Shown in pieces: positions 49,655 through 63,300 of a stretch of 64,000 bases of DNA. How positions within the stretch are numbered: position 1 is the first letter of the stretch; the number at the start of each line of letters is the position of its first letter. This DNA comes from Azolla caroliniana. Lineage: Eukaryota; Plantae; Polypodiophyta. The notes below the pieces were generated by a model. The model did no database searches, was not told where the DNA came from, and worked only from the letters and a program-made list of their open reading frames with translations. The position numbers were made by a program, and so were the translations under genes. The stretch is taken from the NCBI GenBank assembly GCA_043228905.1, contig JBHGNT010000012.1:12214001-12278000 (forward strand), given 5' to 3'.

Positions 49655-52600
49655 TGTTACGGGCATGACCATATACTATCCGGTGATGAGAATTTACCAT
49701 AGTATTCTATACATGTGGATAAAGTGTGAGGGTTAAACAAGAGTGTAAAGAACGGGAGGATTACTTTTAATCCTTGGGATTGAGACAACCCATTAGGCCA
49801 AGTGTGAACTTGCCTGGGGGCCTTAGTTCTAGCTATAAATATGAGGCCTAGCTACCCTCATTTGAGACATTATCGACTACGTCGACACTTTGACATTGTG
49901 TTGGGTCAACTAGTGTAGCAAGCGCACCAGTACTAGGTATGACTTGACGCCACATCGGTGGTATGGAACATTGATCGAGGCTCGAGTCCATCTCGATCCC
50001 TTCTCTTGGGGGTGGTCGGGTGGATCGACAACCTTGTTTCTCTCTCTCCTTTCTTATTTATCGATCTTTTATCCGTATCATATGCTTACATTAGTAGCTA
50101 AGCTTCAAAATTGGTATCAGAGCTATGTTTCTAATGTTTCTTTTCTTGATTGTTTTCTTTCTTGTTGAATGATGATTGATCGATGTACCAGCGAGCTTGA
50201 TCCAGATAACTATCAACAAAGGAAATTCGGTAACTCTTTCTTTCTTTCTTTTTTCTATTCTTTCTTCTCCCAATCGAATCATGTATAGTTAATATGTGTT
50301 TGCTTTCATTGATTCAACACCTCATTGTAGTGGTAATTAATTGGTTTTATGAAACGTTTACATATGTGTATGAGGGCAATACCTCATTTGACATATATTT
50401 TATATATGATTCATGTCGTATGCGTACGAGGTTAATAACTCAATTGCATATTACGTTCACATACATATGTTACGTATGTATATGAGTTCAATACCTCGAT
50501 TTCTTTGTAAAGGATATTCGTAAGATCTCAATACCTCAATTGTGTAATATGTTCACGCTTCTTTTCGGATGTTTCGTGTGTGTGAAGGCTATAAGCCTCG
50601 ATTACGTATCTTGATTTACATCATTCGTTGGCTATGATATGTTACGATTTTTTTAAATATATGTATATGTAACCATGTGTATACGTATTTAATTGTATAC
50701 ATGTGATAAACATTGTGTATGTCAAACGTTGTCCTTTTCGGGGAAAGGATCTTGGTGGCTGTCCTCACATTATTGTGAGAATGGCGTAGTCACTATCCTT
50801 TCTTTCAACAATTTCTTTTTGTTGTCATCCCCGTTGGTCACTTTGATCTTACTATGCATTATAACGAAATGATCATAGCCACAATGACGTTGAGAGCGTA
50901 GGGCTTGACCCACTTTAAGTGAGGTTCACCTTGACAGGAACTACACGCTCCCGATGAACAACGCTTGGCCACAACCGAGTCTAAAATCAAACACAGAAAA
51001 CGGATAATGAACGCACAACACAAAGGAGAGAAGAGTACACAGGATGTTTAACGTGGAAAACCCTGAGAGGGAAAAACCACAGGAGTTCACAGACTCCAAA
51101 CTATCACTATATCACAATGATTACAACAGTGAGCTCACGGAGCCAACGACCTTGTGCTCACGATCTTCGCCACAGGCGGCGGTTACAACAGAAGCAACGA
51201 CCTCTTCCTCTCTCTCTCTCTCTCTGTACACTGTTACGCGCTCTCTGATCTTGCGCCAACAAGAATGACAACAACAACTCTAAGTTTGCCCTAAGTCATA
51301 TTTATACTAATATGACTTTTTGGCTATTTACAAATATAGCCCCGATGGACTCTCAGAAAACATATTTACGAATATGTCCCTTCATCCAGTGAGCACTTCT
51401 CACCGGGCCTTCATCATCCGGCTCTTGCCGGGTACTCCTCATCCGGTTCTCACCGGGTCTTCCGTAGCCGGGTACTCCTCATCCGGTTCACACCAGGTCT
51501 TCCAAAGCCGGTACTTGTCATCCGGTTCTCACCGGGTCTTCCGTAGCCGGGTAGTCCACATTCGGTTTCGGCCTCGGCCGAGTTTACTGATCAGTATTGT
51601 TCTTCTCACTTCCCATCCGGAGGGACCTGTTTCCTAACACGCCCCTATGGCACCCACATCCAACATTCCTCCCTCGTTACATGGTTACGATGCCACCTTG
51701 AGATTATCATTACGAAAGGCATTTGTAATGATGTAACCATGTGATGAGCCACGTGGGCCTACTACAAAAGAGGGCTCGTATGGTTTGGCCATTCGGTTGC
51801 ACTTTGGGGTATGTCATCGTAATGATGAGCCTTGAGGTAGGGTAATGTACCAACATAGTTTTGTAGTAAACGAGGGGGAAATAAGGAGTCTCAACATATA
51901 TGTTTTCATTTAAAGAAACCTATATTGGCAAATGCCTTCGCATATCCCTCATACGCATAAATATTAAACTTTAAAAAGAAGCAAACCATTTGGTTAGCTC
52001 AAGTATTTAATGTATTTGTTCTCGAGGCCTCGAGTTCAAATATGACCAAGACCATACAACATTGTTCATCTACATATGACTATAACACATGTTTAAGGTC
52101 TAAGTGCACTTTGGGGTCCTCGTAATAGGACTTAAAGAGCCGAAACCACATGGGTGGGTACAGAGACATAGTTTACTGTTAACATGTTTTCGTGTTTAAA
52201 CTATTCATGACGCAAACATACATGGTTGATCCTTGGAGAACCGCCATGAAAAAACCAATATAGAGATCAAAGAAAGACATTCATTTGTAGCCCCCCTGGT
52301 TTTTAAAACACCTTTCTATTACCATAGTACCTTGATCTTGAACCTCATCTCATACGTCTAGAGGGGTATTGCCATGAGATCATGATATCTATTAATGTTT
52401 GCCCATGATATGTTTACATCACGACATAATGGTATGACTATTTGTCTGACCTTATCCTATTTCTTTACCAAAAATTATCATTCAATGGCTCATAATAACG
52501 ACATGATGTCATCCGCTCAAGCGGAAGGAATTCCAGCAAATCCTCTTGGGCCAATGCCCATTGAGTCGTATTTGATACAAATACAAAATCTCCTTAATTC

Positions 52601-53453
52601 AACCGTGCATCAGATGTTCGAACTTCGGCAATCTCATAGTGCTCTCAAGGCAAGTGTCATTAGTTTACAACATGATACTAATAGACCCAATGAGTGTCAG
52701 GGTAAACATCATTTGTCTTAAAGCCATTTAAGGGAGAAAAAAAGGACAGACCCAAAGAAACAATTTGCACGTGGCTAGGTCGATGGGAGTCTCATTTTGA
52801 GCACTAGCCCAAGCCAAATAGTACTAAGATTGCATATGTCAGCGGAGAACTAGGGGGTATGGCCGTCACCTGGTGGCGTGGGTTCCGCACTTTGGGGAAA
52901 TTGCCCGATACCTGGACAAAATTTGTCACAGTTTTCAAGGGCCAATATCTACAACCTCCATCTGGAATCCAGGCAGGACAAGCTTTAATGAACCTCTCTA
53001 GTAGGAATTCTTCCTTGCTAGAAGACTATATTCACCATGCTAGAACCCAAATCCAAAAATCGGGTCTAGAAGGGGGCCACAATTGGTTGATAGCTTGTTT
53101 TGTCAATGGCATCCCCAATTCGGACTATCACTGGATAGTGCATGATAAGGATTCTAAATCCTTCGAAGAGGCCATTGAAATAGTTCTTCCTATCAATGCA
53201 CTTCGAAGAAGGACATAACAAACCCAACGAAGCGCCCAGGACTAAGTAGTCGCAATTTGATGGGAAACGCAAGACACCCAACGAATTCATGGATCACGAT
53301 TATAAGTGACAAAATCCTTTTTGCGTATTCTGCAAAAGGAATGGTCCTACAAAAGAGCAATGTCGAAAGCTCCAATGTAAAAAGCACGACAACAAAACAA
53401 AAGCTGGAGACCATAAAGGTCAGATTCCTGATGTCCTTGAGGTCTATACACTT
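49655..53453 (+). mobile_element. Chromovirus 5' half: LTR 49655-50110, tRNA-Met PBS 50112-50123, long UTR, decayed gag ~52486-53453
   Basis: TGTTACGGGCATGACC LTR start; TGGTATCAGAGC PBS; gag WLGRWESHF...AVTWWRG is homologous to 18160-18800. Confidence 0.88.
50932..51639 (-). mobile_element. Solo LTR in the chromovirus 5' UTR
   Basis: TG...CA ends; degenerate TSD CACCT/CGCCC; same family as 36136-36935 but with fewer, shorter CCGG repeats. Confidence 0.75.
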
Positions 53454-54343
53454 TGTTGAGAATCAAGCTCAACATAGTGCACTGTGTGAACACACCTTTT
53501 GAGAATCCATGATTACTCAAAGGTCAAGAGTCACACCACTACTCTCTACACATTAACTATGTGTCATAGAATCATATTCTATGACACATAACTAATGAGT
53601 TACATATTCCCCATGACTATGAGTCTTCACACTCCCCAAGAGAGAGAGTGATTGTTGTAAGTTAATGCAGAGAGACTCTATATAAAGCACCCTCCTCATA
53701 TTTCATACTAAGCCGGTTGTGACTCCTTGTAATGCTATATTTTCATTTATCATATTCTCCTTGTTAATATACATTTCCTTCTTCTTGAGTACTTCATTTT
53801 GTCTCTTATCCATCTTGTGTTTCTCTCCTCTCCTATTTCCTCTCACACATACAGATAACACACATCTCTTCCGCTACACAAGAATCACCATTGATTCATA
53901 ACATGGTATCAGAGAGATTTGGTAGATCGATCTAGCCCACTCGCCTCATCGTGATCATGTGTTGTGCTCTACGTTGACATTCAAGAAGAACAAGCTCATC
54001 ACTATCGTAGTGCGACAACATAGCTCGTGTTTGAGAGAGAAGGAAAAGAAAAGAAGGAAGAAATCTACATCGACAATGAATACTCAAATGGGGAGTGCTC
54101 TCCCTAGCGAGAACTTGGATCACAACAACTTTGCATCTTGGGAGTACAAGATGCACCAATACCTTGTTGGCCAAGGCTATTGGAGCTACATCAAAGGAGC
54201 ACAAGAAAATCAGCCCAACCTAGAAGACGCCAACTATGCAACGTGGGAGCAAGCGGCAAACCGAGTGATGTATTGCTTGGCCACATGTGCTAACGACCAC
54301 ATGCTCGGGTACATTCAAGAAGCCAAGACGTTGAAGGAAGCGT
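53454..54343 (+). mobile_element. Copia C 5' half: LTR 53454-53903, tRNA-Met PBS 53904-53914, gag start
   Basis: TGGTATCAGAG; gag LDHNNFASWEYKMHQYLVGQGYWSYI; preceded by TSD CACTT. Confidence 0.9.
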
Positions 54344-57300
54344 TGTCGTGAAGATTTTCGGCGATAGTGTGGAAATTGTAAGGAACATTCGAAATCGAGT
54401 GTGGCTCTTCACATGAGAAAAACAAAACAATAATAGTGAAGATAATATTTTGAATAAGTTTAATATCTAGGTACAAAAAGATAGAGATCTTCAAGAGCTT
54501 TTAAATGTGCTTTACAACATAAAAAACGGACATCTAAGTGACGAGTTATGTGGGAGTGAAGTATGAGAAGGAAGAAGAGAAAAATAAAACTATAGATATC
54601 CCACATAGACAAGACAAACAAGGACCCTACAATATATAAAGTAGAGCAAAAGCTATTATCTTTGTGTCTATATGTGGAGCATAAAGAGTTACAGGTGACT
54701 TGCACAAAGTTAATATGATGAATGAGTGTGGCCTAGCTACAAGTTTTGGCCAACCGAAACTGGACCGACGACGGAGACGTCATCCGACATCCGACGAGAC
54801 AGCGACCGGATAGATATATAAATAAATATATGTATACACACACATATATATATATACAAGGAGTGCAACTGTGGATTTGAGCCTTGCACCTCCGAGTTGA
54901 GAGTTTATAGGCTTACCACTAAGCCAAAACATTTTCTTGAAATAATATTTTTGTCATTATACTTATATGTAAATTCTCTTACATCAGACCTTGAATGAGT
55001 AGCCTGATTCTCATTCATCACATGTAACGCATGAGCGCCAAATGGCAAGCATGCATCACATACATCATATGCATGAGAGCATCTATAAAAGAGGAGATGA
55101 AAAAGACAAAGGGAGAGTACTTTTTTTATATATGAATTTAAGAGAAGAAAACTCGGTATCGAATTGATCGTGTAACTTGTTTCTTAAATCTAAAGTCAAT
55201 TGCTCAATCTTAATCTCTCTCTTTTTCCATATCAATCTCTCTCAAATTATCTTAAATACTTTCTCTCTAAAGTTTGTGCCAACTTCGAATCCTTTCGGTC
55301 TAGAACCATGGCGATTCCGCCTCGCGATCCACGCTTAGTGATGGATCTTCACGATATAATTAAGTGGTGAACCCGACGTGAAAGAGGTGATAGGAAGGAT
55401 CAAGTCGAAACCGATACTTGGAGATGGCATCCTCAAGCAACCAAGCGGGAGAGTTCGAAAGGATGATGTTGATCGTAGAACAAATGATGAGATTTCGAGA
55501 CAACGATGCAAGCGTGGAGAAGGCCGTCGACCGTGTCGTAGAGCTCGAGAGCCAATTTGATGGAAGGAACGTTACGAAGTTCCTTAACGCATACAAAAGG
55601 GAGAGGAATCAAAGAGACGTGTCTGAAGCACAGCAAATCACGAGTTTCAAAAGGGTGGTTGCCAACAACATCCAAAGACGCGTCATCGAGCTTCAAGAAG
55701 GTAAGACAACATGGTCCGAGTTTGAGAAAGCGATATTAGCAGAGTTCGTGACTGAAGACTCAATGAGGATGACTCACACATGCCCTGATGAAGTGGATAG
55801 ACAAGAAGAATAAGAAGATGAGCGCCTCGAGGGTGTATGACGAATTCGACCAGATGTTTAGTCGTCTCCCCAACACGGACCAAGTGCTGCTTGAAGAGGA
55901 CAAGACTTTGTACTTCTTGAAAGCTGTGGACATGAAGGATAAACGAGAATCAAGGACTCTCCTCGAAGATGATACCCAAGCGAATGAGCTTGTGGCAGAC
56001 TGGGTTGCGGTGAAGAGAGCATGCAATAGGCTCAACAAGCGTCGTCAGTGGGTTGATGATACCGACTTGGCGGGATCGACTGTTGTGGAGAAAACGAGAC
56101 AACCAAAAGTAGTTGAGGTGCCCAAACAAAGTAACCCCAAAGAAAAGAGGATTGATGACAACATCATTGGAGGATGCCAATGCGAGTCATGTGGATGTGA
56201 TGCACTATGCTGCGTCGGCCGGAAGAAGAGTCGGGAAAGACAAGACTGAAGCTGCTAGAGCGGGAGCAAAGTTTTGGACTTCCGTTCTCGAATATGAGAA
56301 GAAGGGAAAAGTCACTTCAAACGAAGTAGGGCTTGTGGATCAAAGTGTACAAAGTATAACCGGATGGTCGGATCCGGTGGATGACAACACCATACTCACG
56401 GAGGTGATGTGCCACAAGCACAAGTTGTTCGTCAAAGAAAAGAGAAAAGAATAGAAGAGCAAGGCCCATCAAAAAGACATGAAACAAGGAACGCGAAAAA
56501 GAAAGAAGATGCGGAGACAAGTCGAGCTTTACAAATGGAGGAACGAGAATCAAGCCGAAAAGGAGAGCCGAGCATACGAGTCGAAGAAACCGTACGACCC
56601 ATGAAGGTTGGTGTCGAAGACCCCGCTCGGAGGACAAGGGCTATGCCTACCTATAAGCTAAGGTTGGAGATAAAGCAGACGACGGACCTAAAGAAGATTC
56701 TCAAAGAACGTGTTCTTGATAGCCACGTGACTTTGTCCTTGAGGGAATTGCTTGGCATTACGAAGGAGTTCCATGACACGATCGTGGACCTTGTAAAGAG
56801 AAAAAAACAACAATCGGACGAGGAAGAAGAGAAGTCACAAAAAGCAAAAATGAATGCCATAACGATGGCAAGAGACAAAGTTGATGAAGATATGGTGGAC
56901 ATCCACTATACTCAACCTCATTGGGCACGAGCGACAACGGAGACGCCGGTGAAGATTGGGGAGAAGAAAGAGACCGTGGTAGCCTTGATCGACCATGGCT
57001 CGGAGATCAACCTCATGTCAACCGACTTTTACAAAAAAGGAAGATGGCCAATCAATACAAATCACGGATGGCAGATTCGCGCGGCAACAAAGACTACGGA
57101 GGACTTGTACGGAGCTTGTCCCAATGTTAAAGTCATGATCGGGGATGTGGAGATGGATCAACACTTCTTCGTGCAAGAATCGACGTCACATCCTATCATC
57201 CTAGAACAACCGTATATCACATCATCTCAGATGGAGACCAAAGTGTTCGATAATGGAGCAGCCTTTGCACGGATAAAGAATCTTGAAAACCAAAGATCGG

Positions 57301-60300
57301 TCCAATTCCAAATGGTGCGAGCCAATCATGAAAGGAATCGAGATAGTCTTGGAGGCGAATCCTCAGATTTTTAGAGTGAACTATTGAAGCATGGGGCACA
57401 AATAGTTTGAGCAATCACAAGTCCCCACAAGAAACTAGAGCGCGTGCATTGCGAGGAGAAGGAACATGTGTCACACCTAGTGGGGCATGTAAACTAGTAC
57501 TACCCAACAAGAAGGACAAGCATCGGATACAAAACTTCAAGAAGTTGCTAAAAAAAGAAAACATAATAGAAGAAGAAGAGTTCGTGACTCATATTATGGA
57601 AGAAGCCTCATTTAACGACACCATCGGCGAAATCGAGGACGTTGTGGACTTGAGCTATCTTCACGATCATCACGTGATTTCGGTTAGCTCCATCAACATG
57701 TACGTTATCATCGATGAATATCATCAAAGCATCTTGATGAAGGAAGCTGACGTCAACACAAAATATAAAACGGTGGATAAGAAGGTCAAGCCAATTGCAG
57801 TTCTGCTACCGGAAGATAGCTGGCAAAAGATGAGGGAAGTCCCTAACGATCCAAGCTTAAGAGATCCGAAGACAATAGGTCATGTCTTCACCAAAGAGAC
57901 GAAGGGAAAGCTACGAGATGGAAGGGAGGATTTCCTTCTCCCTAAAGAGGAGCGAATGTTTCGCGACATGGGAAGGCTTTCGCATTTTTCCCACGAGAAA
58001 TCGGATGTGCTGATCTAAGGACGATAGAACCAATGGTGATCTTCATGGTGCCGCATGTGCCTTGGAATTTGAAACCGATACCGGTTCCGAGAGCACACCT
58101 ACCGAAGTTGATCGAGCTCTTAAAGTAGAAGGTGAATATGGGAATTCTGGAATCATCGAATGCTCCTTCTTCCAATAGGTGGTTCACAGTACCGAAGAAG
58201 AATGGATCATTGCAATTCATCCAAGATCTTCAACCCGTCAACAAGGTGACAATTCGAAATGTCGGAATCGGTCCGAGCAGGGACGAATTTGCCGAGGCGT
58301 TTGCGGGCCGGTCCATCTACTCCATTGGCGATCTCTACTCCGGATATGACCAATTCCAATTGACGATTGACAGTCGTGACATTACAACCATGAGGACTCC
58401 AATCGGGCTTGCGCGTATGTGTACCTTACCTCAAGGTGCAACGAACTCGGTGGCTCATATGGTGAATGCCATGAACAAAGTCTTGAAGGATTGTATCCCG
58501 GACATCACGATTCCATTCTTGGATGATATTCCGATGAAAGGATGTTCGGATGAGGAGAAAGATGAATCGAAAGACAAGGAAGGGTGTAAAAAGTTTGCCG
58601 CGGATCATATGAAAGATTGCGAGCAGGTGCTTCAAAGGCTCGAAGATGCGAATTTGACATTTTCGGGTGAAAAATCCATATTCGAGCAACCGGAGATCTT
58701 GTTGGTAGGTCACTTGTGTGGAGCATACAGCCGAAAGCCTTCGCCATCCAAAGTTGTTACCGTATGAGATGTATGGGTGATTGATAAGTGAGGGTGAAGG
58801 ATGTAATGTATGTGTAATCTTATACGATTATGAGTGTAAATGTAAGTGTGAGTGTGGTGGATACAAAGAGGTGTGACTGAGTGACTAGGTGTGAATGCCC
58901 AAGGGGCTTGCACCCTTTTGTACCTATTTAACCCCTTATGGGGAATGAATGAATACAACAATAACCATTTTCTCTCATCATCTCTCTCTCTTCCCTCCCC
59001 TTAACGTTGAACCCCCTTGGGAGGGAGGTGGAGCCATTCTAGGCACCACCCTCCACCCCGCAATGCTTCTCAATGCTTGTCTTGTTCTTCATGATCTCTC
59101 TCACCATCATACTCTTCATCATCTTCATTATTACACCATGTCTATCTTCGTCATTGATAATCATCATTACCATTAACCCTAACCCTAAAATGTACAACAC
59201 TTTTTGGCAACCACTAAGGCAACCCCCCCTTAGGAGACGAAGTCGAAGACTACTACACGGCAAAGACATGGCAACGACAAAATGTGCGAGAAATCAAATG
59301 GACAATGTGCGGGAAATGGTGATGTTGATTGGAAGCCGTCGAGGTCGCAAAATGCAACATGGTGATGTGTGAGAGGACATCGCAAAAGGATAAGCAACAG
59401 ACATATATGTCCAAGCGTGTTTTCGAAGCGGTTAACAACAATGTGCGTGTTTTCAAAAGCATGGTGCAAGATGCACGGCTGGACAAACAACGACGCAAAG
59501 GGAACTGGTGCCAGCATGACCGGAAAGAAAAGCCCACCAGGAGATTGCGGAGGAAGACGCAGTGTGTGGAGCGGAGGCCGGTAGGATGTGCTGAGAATGC
59601 ATGAGAGATGGTTCTAAAAGAAGCAACACAGAGAGAGTTGGAATTGGAATCGGAACCAGAACCAGATTCGGTTAACACCGGAGGGCCGAAGAAGACAGAG
59701 AAGGAGATGTAGACGCACACTAGACATCAACGACCAAGAAAAAACAACGACCGAACATGCCAAACGGACACATGACATAGCCGGAAACGGAGAAGTTGGA
59801 CAAGACAACATGATGCAGAAAGCCACAGACAGGGGCCGAAGAAAAACACATAAACACGATGGAATGGTCTGGAGAGAAGAAACGGAAAAAGAACGGAATG
59901 AACCGGATGGATACAGCATGAAAGGCGTCCAAAACGGAAAGAGACAACGGATGGATGGCCAAAATTAGACAACGGAAGGGCCAGAAAAGTGGCGGCCACC
60001 AGACAGGCCGACAAAGATGACCATGGCCGGCCGACGGAGAAGACCACAGAACCCGACGAAGCAGCGGCCGCAGCAGGAGAGTTCCGGCAAGAGAGGGGCT
60101 AGATAACAATAGGAACAGTGGCCAAATATCGGCTGAAGAGCGGAAAGAGCGGTCGGAAGGGCCGGAAACCGGTCGGAATAGCCGGATAGTGGCTGTAGCA
60201 GCCGGAGCGGTCGGAGGGATGGACAAGCCCCAAATAGCCGACGACCGGACAGACGGTGGGAGGATGACCGGAATAGACGGACATGCTGGACAAGGCGACG

Positions 60301-63300
60301 GACGATGGACGGAATAGCAACCATCGAGGTTGCAAAGGCCGCCAGAAACCTTCAACGGTGGCGGTTGCCAGACAACAGACATGCGAACAACGACCAAGCA
60401 CATAGACGGAGATAGAGATGCCTGAAAGATGATGTCGGACAGGCAGTCAGAATGGACCGGAAGACCTCAGACAATGGGACGGAGACAACCAAGACAAGCG
60501 CTAGTCGGAGAGGCCAGAAAAGCGCTAGCCGGAGAGCGGCCGAGAAACAACTAGAATGTATGGAATAGACTGTGGCCAAAGCGACTAGAGAACGCTCGAA
60601 AAGCGATAAGAGTGGTGGCGATAGAACATCCGGAAAAGCCAGAATGGCATAACATCGGTCGAGGTGGCCGGAATGGCCGACGACAGACACCGGATGCCGA
60701 ACGGGTAGAGACGCATAATGCCGGAGGGAGAGATAGTTAGGGCAACGGACAAAGATGGATGGCTGACACAGGCAACAGACGACGATGATGACTGCCGAAC
60801 GAGGCCAAGAGATGGAGATGGAGATGACAACGAAACCGGGGAAAAAAAACGATTGAAATGAACAAGTAGACAACCGATGGAAGAGACTACTGACGAGTGG
60901 AGGAAAAATAGCAAACAAAGCTAGAAACAACGATGGCGGTAGAAGAAGAAGACGAAGATAGAAACAACAAGAAGCAAATGCAGAAGAAGAAAAACAAGAC
61001 AGACAAAATCATGAAGAAGAGAAGAAGGGGAGAAGAGAAAATGGGAAGGCAGAACAAGACAAATACTGAAGAGGAACAGAAGAAGACATGCAGAAGAAAA
61101 CAAGAAGAAGAAGCAAATGAAGAAGAAGAAGAGAGGAGAGAAAGGAAGAGAACAGAGAAGCGGGAACCAAAAGCAGAAAGAAAGAGGAAGACGAGGAAGT
61201 TAGAGCTGAGACAAACGGCTAAGAAGGAACGGCATGAACGACATAGAGCATAAGAAGAAACAGGAGAGAAAAAATATAAAGACAAGAGGCAGAAAAAGCA
61301 GAAAGCAAACAGAAAAAAGAGAGGGAAAAAAGGAGATGAGGGCATCCATGAAATTTTAAAAAACAAATTGAGGGCATCAAACATAGATTTAAAAAACATG
61401 AGGGTACATGATAAAATTGTTTTTTTTAAAACTAAAGGGTACCTACAAAATTTCGATAACTCATCAACCTAAAAGAAATGGATGTGATCCACACACAACT
61501 AACAAAATCAACAAAAGGAAGATATACATACACAACATTTTTAAGGACCCGAAAGAGCATACCAAAGTTTGTAAGTCGACAGAACGAGAATGTTCGTGTC
61601 GCAGAAGATTCGCTGACCAACGGAGATGTTTAAGTCAAGCGCTCCAATCGAGGGAGTCAATCGTTGAGAGGACCGATGGAAATTCCAAGCGAAGAAAGAT
61701 TATGATGAAGGCATGTGGGATCGACGTGCAAGGCACTCTCCCACGGGCGTGCCATATTGTGCTACCGTATGAGATGTACGGGTGATTGATAAGTGAGGGT
61801 GAAGGATGTAATGTATGTGTAATCTTATACGATTATGAGTGTGAATGTAAGTGTGAGTGTGGTGGATACAAAGAGGTGTGACTGAGTGACTAGGTGTGAA
61901 TGCCCAAGGGGCTTGCACCCTTGTGTATCTACCCTTTTGTACCTATTTAACCCCTTATGGGGAATGAATGAATACAACAATAACCATTTTCTCTCTTAAT
62001 CTGTCTCTCTCTCTTCCCTCCCCTTAACGTTGAACCCCCTTGGGAGGGGGGTGGAGCCATTCTAGGCACCACCCCCCACCCCGCAATGCTTCTTAATGCT
62101 TGTATTGTTCTTCATGATCTCTCTCACCATCATACTCTTCATCAACTTCATTATTACACCATGTCTATCTTTGTCATTGATAATCATCATTACCATTAAC
62201 CCTAACCCTAAAACATACAACAAAAGTGAACGCGATCCAAGACATGAAAGAAGAATGTGAAACCCAAATGGAGGTTCGAAGGTTCCTTGGAGCATGCATG
62301 TTTTATCATATCTGGATTCCTCACTATGCACATGTCGCCGAACCGTTATATGGACTAATAAAGAAAAGAATGAAGTTTGAATGGCAAAGCAAGCATACAA
62401 ATGCGATGCAAAGATTGAAGAAACTACTTCTTGAAGCTCCAACACTAAGAAAGGCCAACTATACCGAAAGGAAGCCGATTTATGTGATTGTAGATACGAG
62501 CCCAACCAGAATCGGGTGGGTCATCAACCAAGAAGGAGAAGATAATGCGCGATATGCCATCCGGTTTAGAGCAAAGGTTCTCAGCGAACGACAACAAAGA
62601 TACGCCCAAGTCAAGCGGGAACTTTGGGGTATTGTGTCAGTAGTGAAGATGGACAAAGATTACCTGATCGGGACGGAAGTGATAATAGAGACATATTGTC
62701 TCCCAATCCTCGGAATGATCTCAGGATGTGCGGCCCCAGATCTAGCTATGCTAAGGTGGATCACCTATATCAAGTCTTTAAACCCAGAGATCCGTCACAT
62801 TGCAGGGAAGAAGAACGCCATGGCTGACAAGCTGTTGAGGGCAAGATTTGAGAATGACAGTGACATGGTTTCGGAAGATGAAGATGTCACCCTCGACTTC
62901 TTCAAGATGGCTCGATTATCGGTGGAAGACAAGGACACGCTAACCTTCCACGCCTTCAACGAGGACGAGTACGAAGGGGAGTGGTTACTATTCGGTAGAT
63001 TCCTAAGATCAATGACAACGGATGCTTCGTTGACGAAGGAGGAAACCCTACAAATCCAAAAGAAATCTTACCAATACTTCTTGAAGGGAGGATTCCTTTG
63101 GCGACACCCAAAAAGAAGGACAGGAATACCACGTCGAGTGGTGGTGAAGAAAGAAGAGCAAGTGACGTTGATGACCGAATTCCACAAGAGTGCTTGGGAA
63201 GGTCATAGAGGAACATGGGCGACGTTCGAAAAGTTGAAGGAAAAGTACTGGTGGCCAAGCATGTACAAAGATGTACTCCATTTCGTGTCCACATGCAAAA

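Noticed and set aside
59250-61400. Many 100-227 aa ORFs on both strands
   Set aside because: They arise from purine-rich low-complexity sequence with few stops, have biased composition (F/L/S or K/R/E) and show no domain motif.
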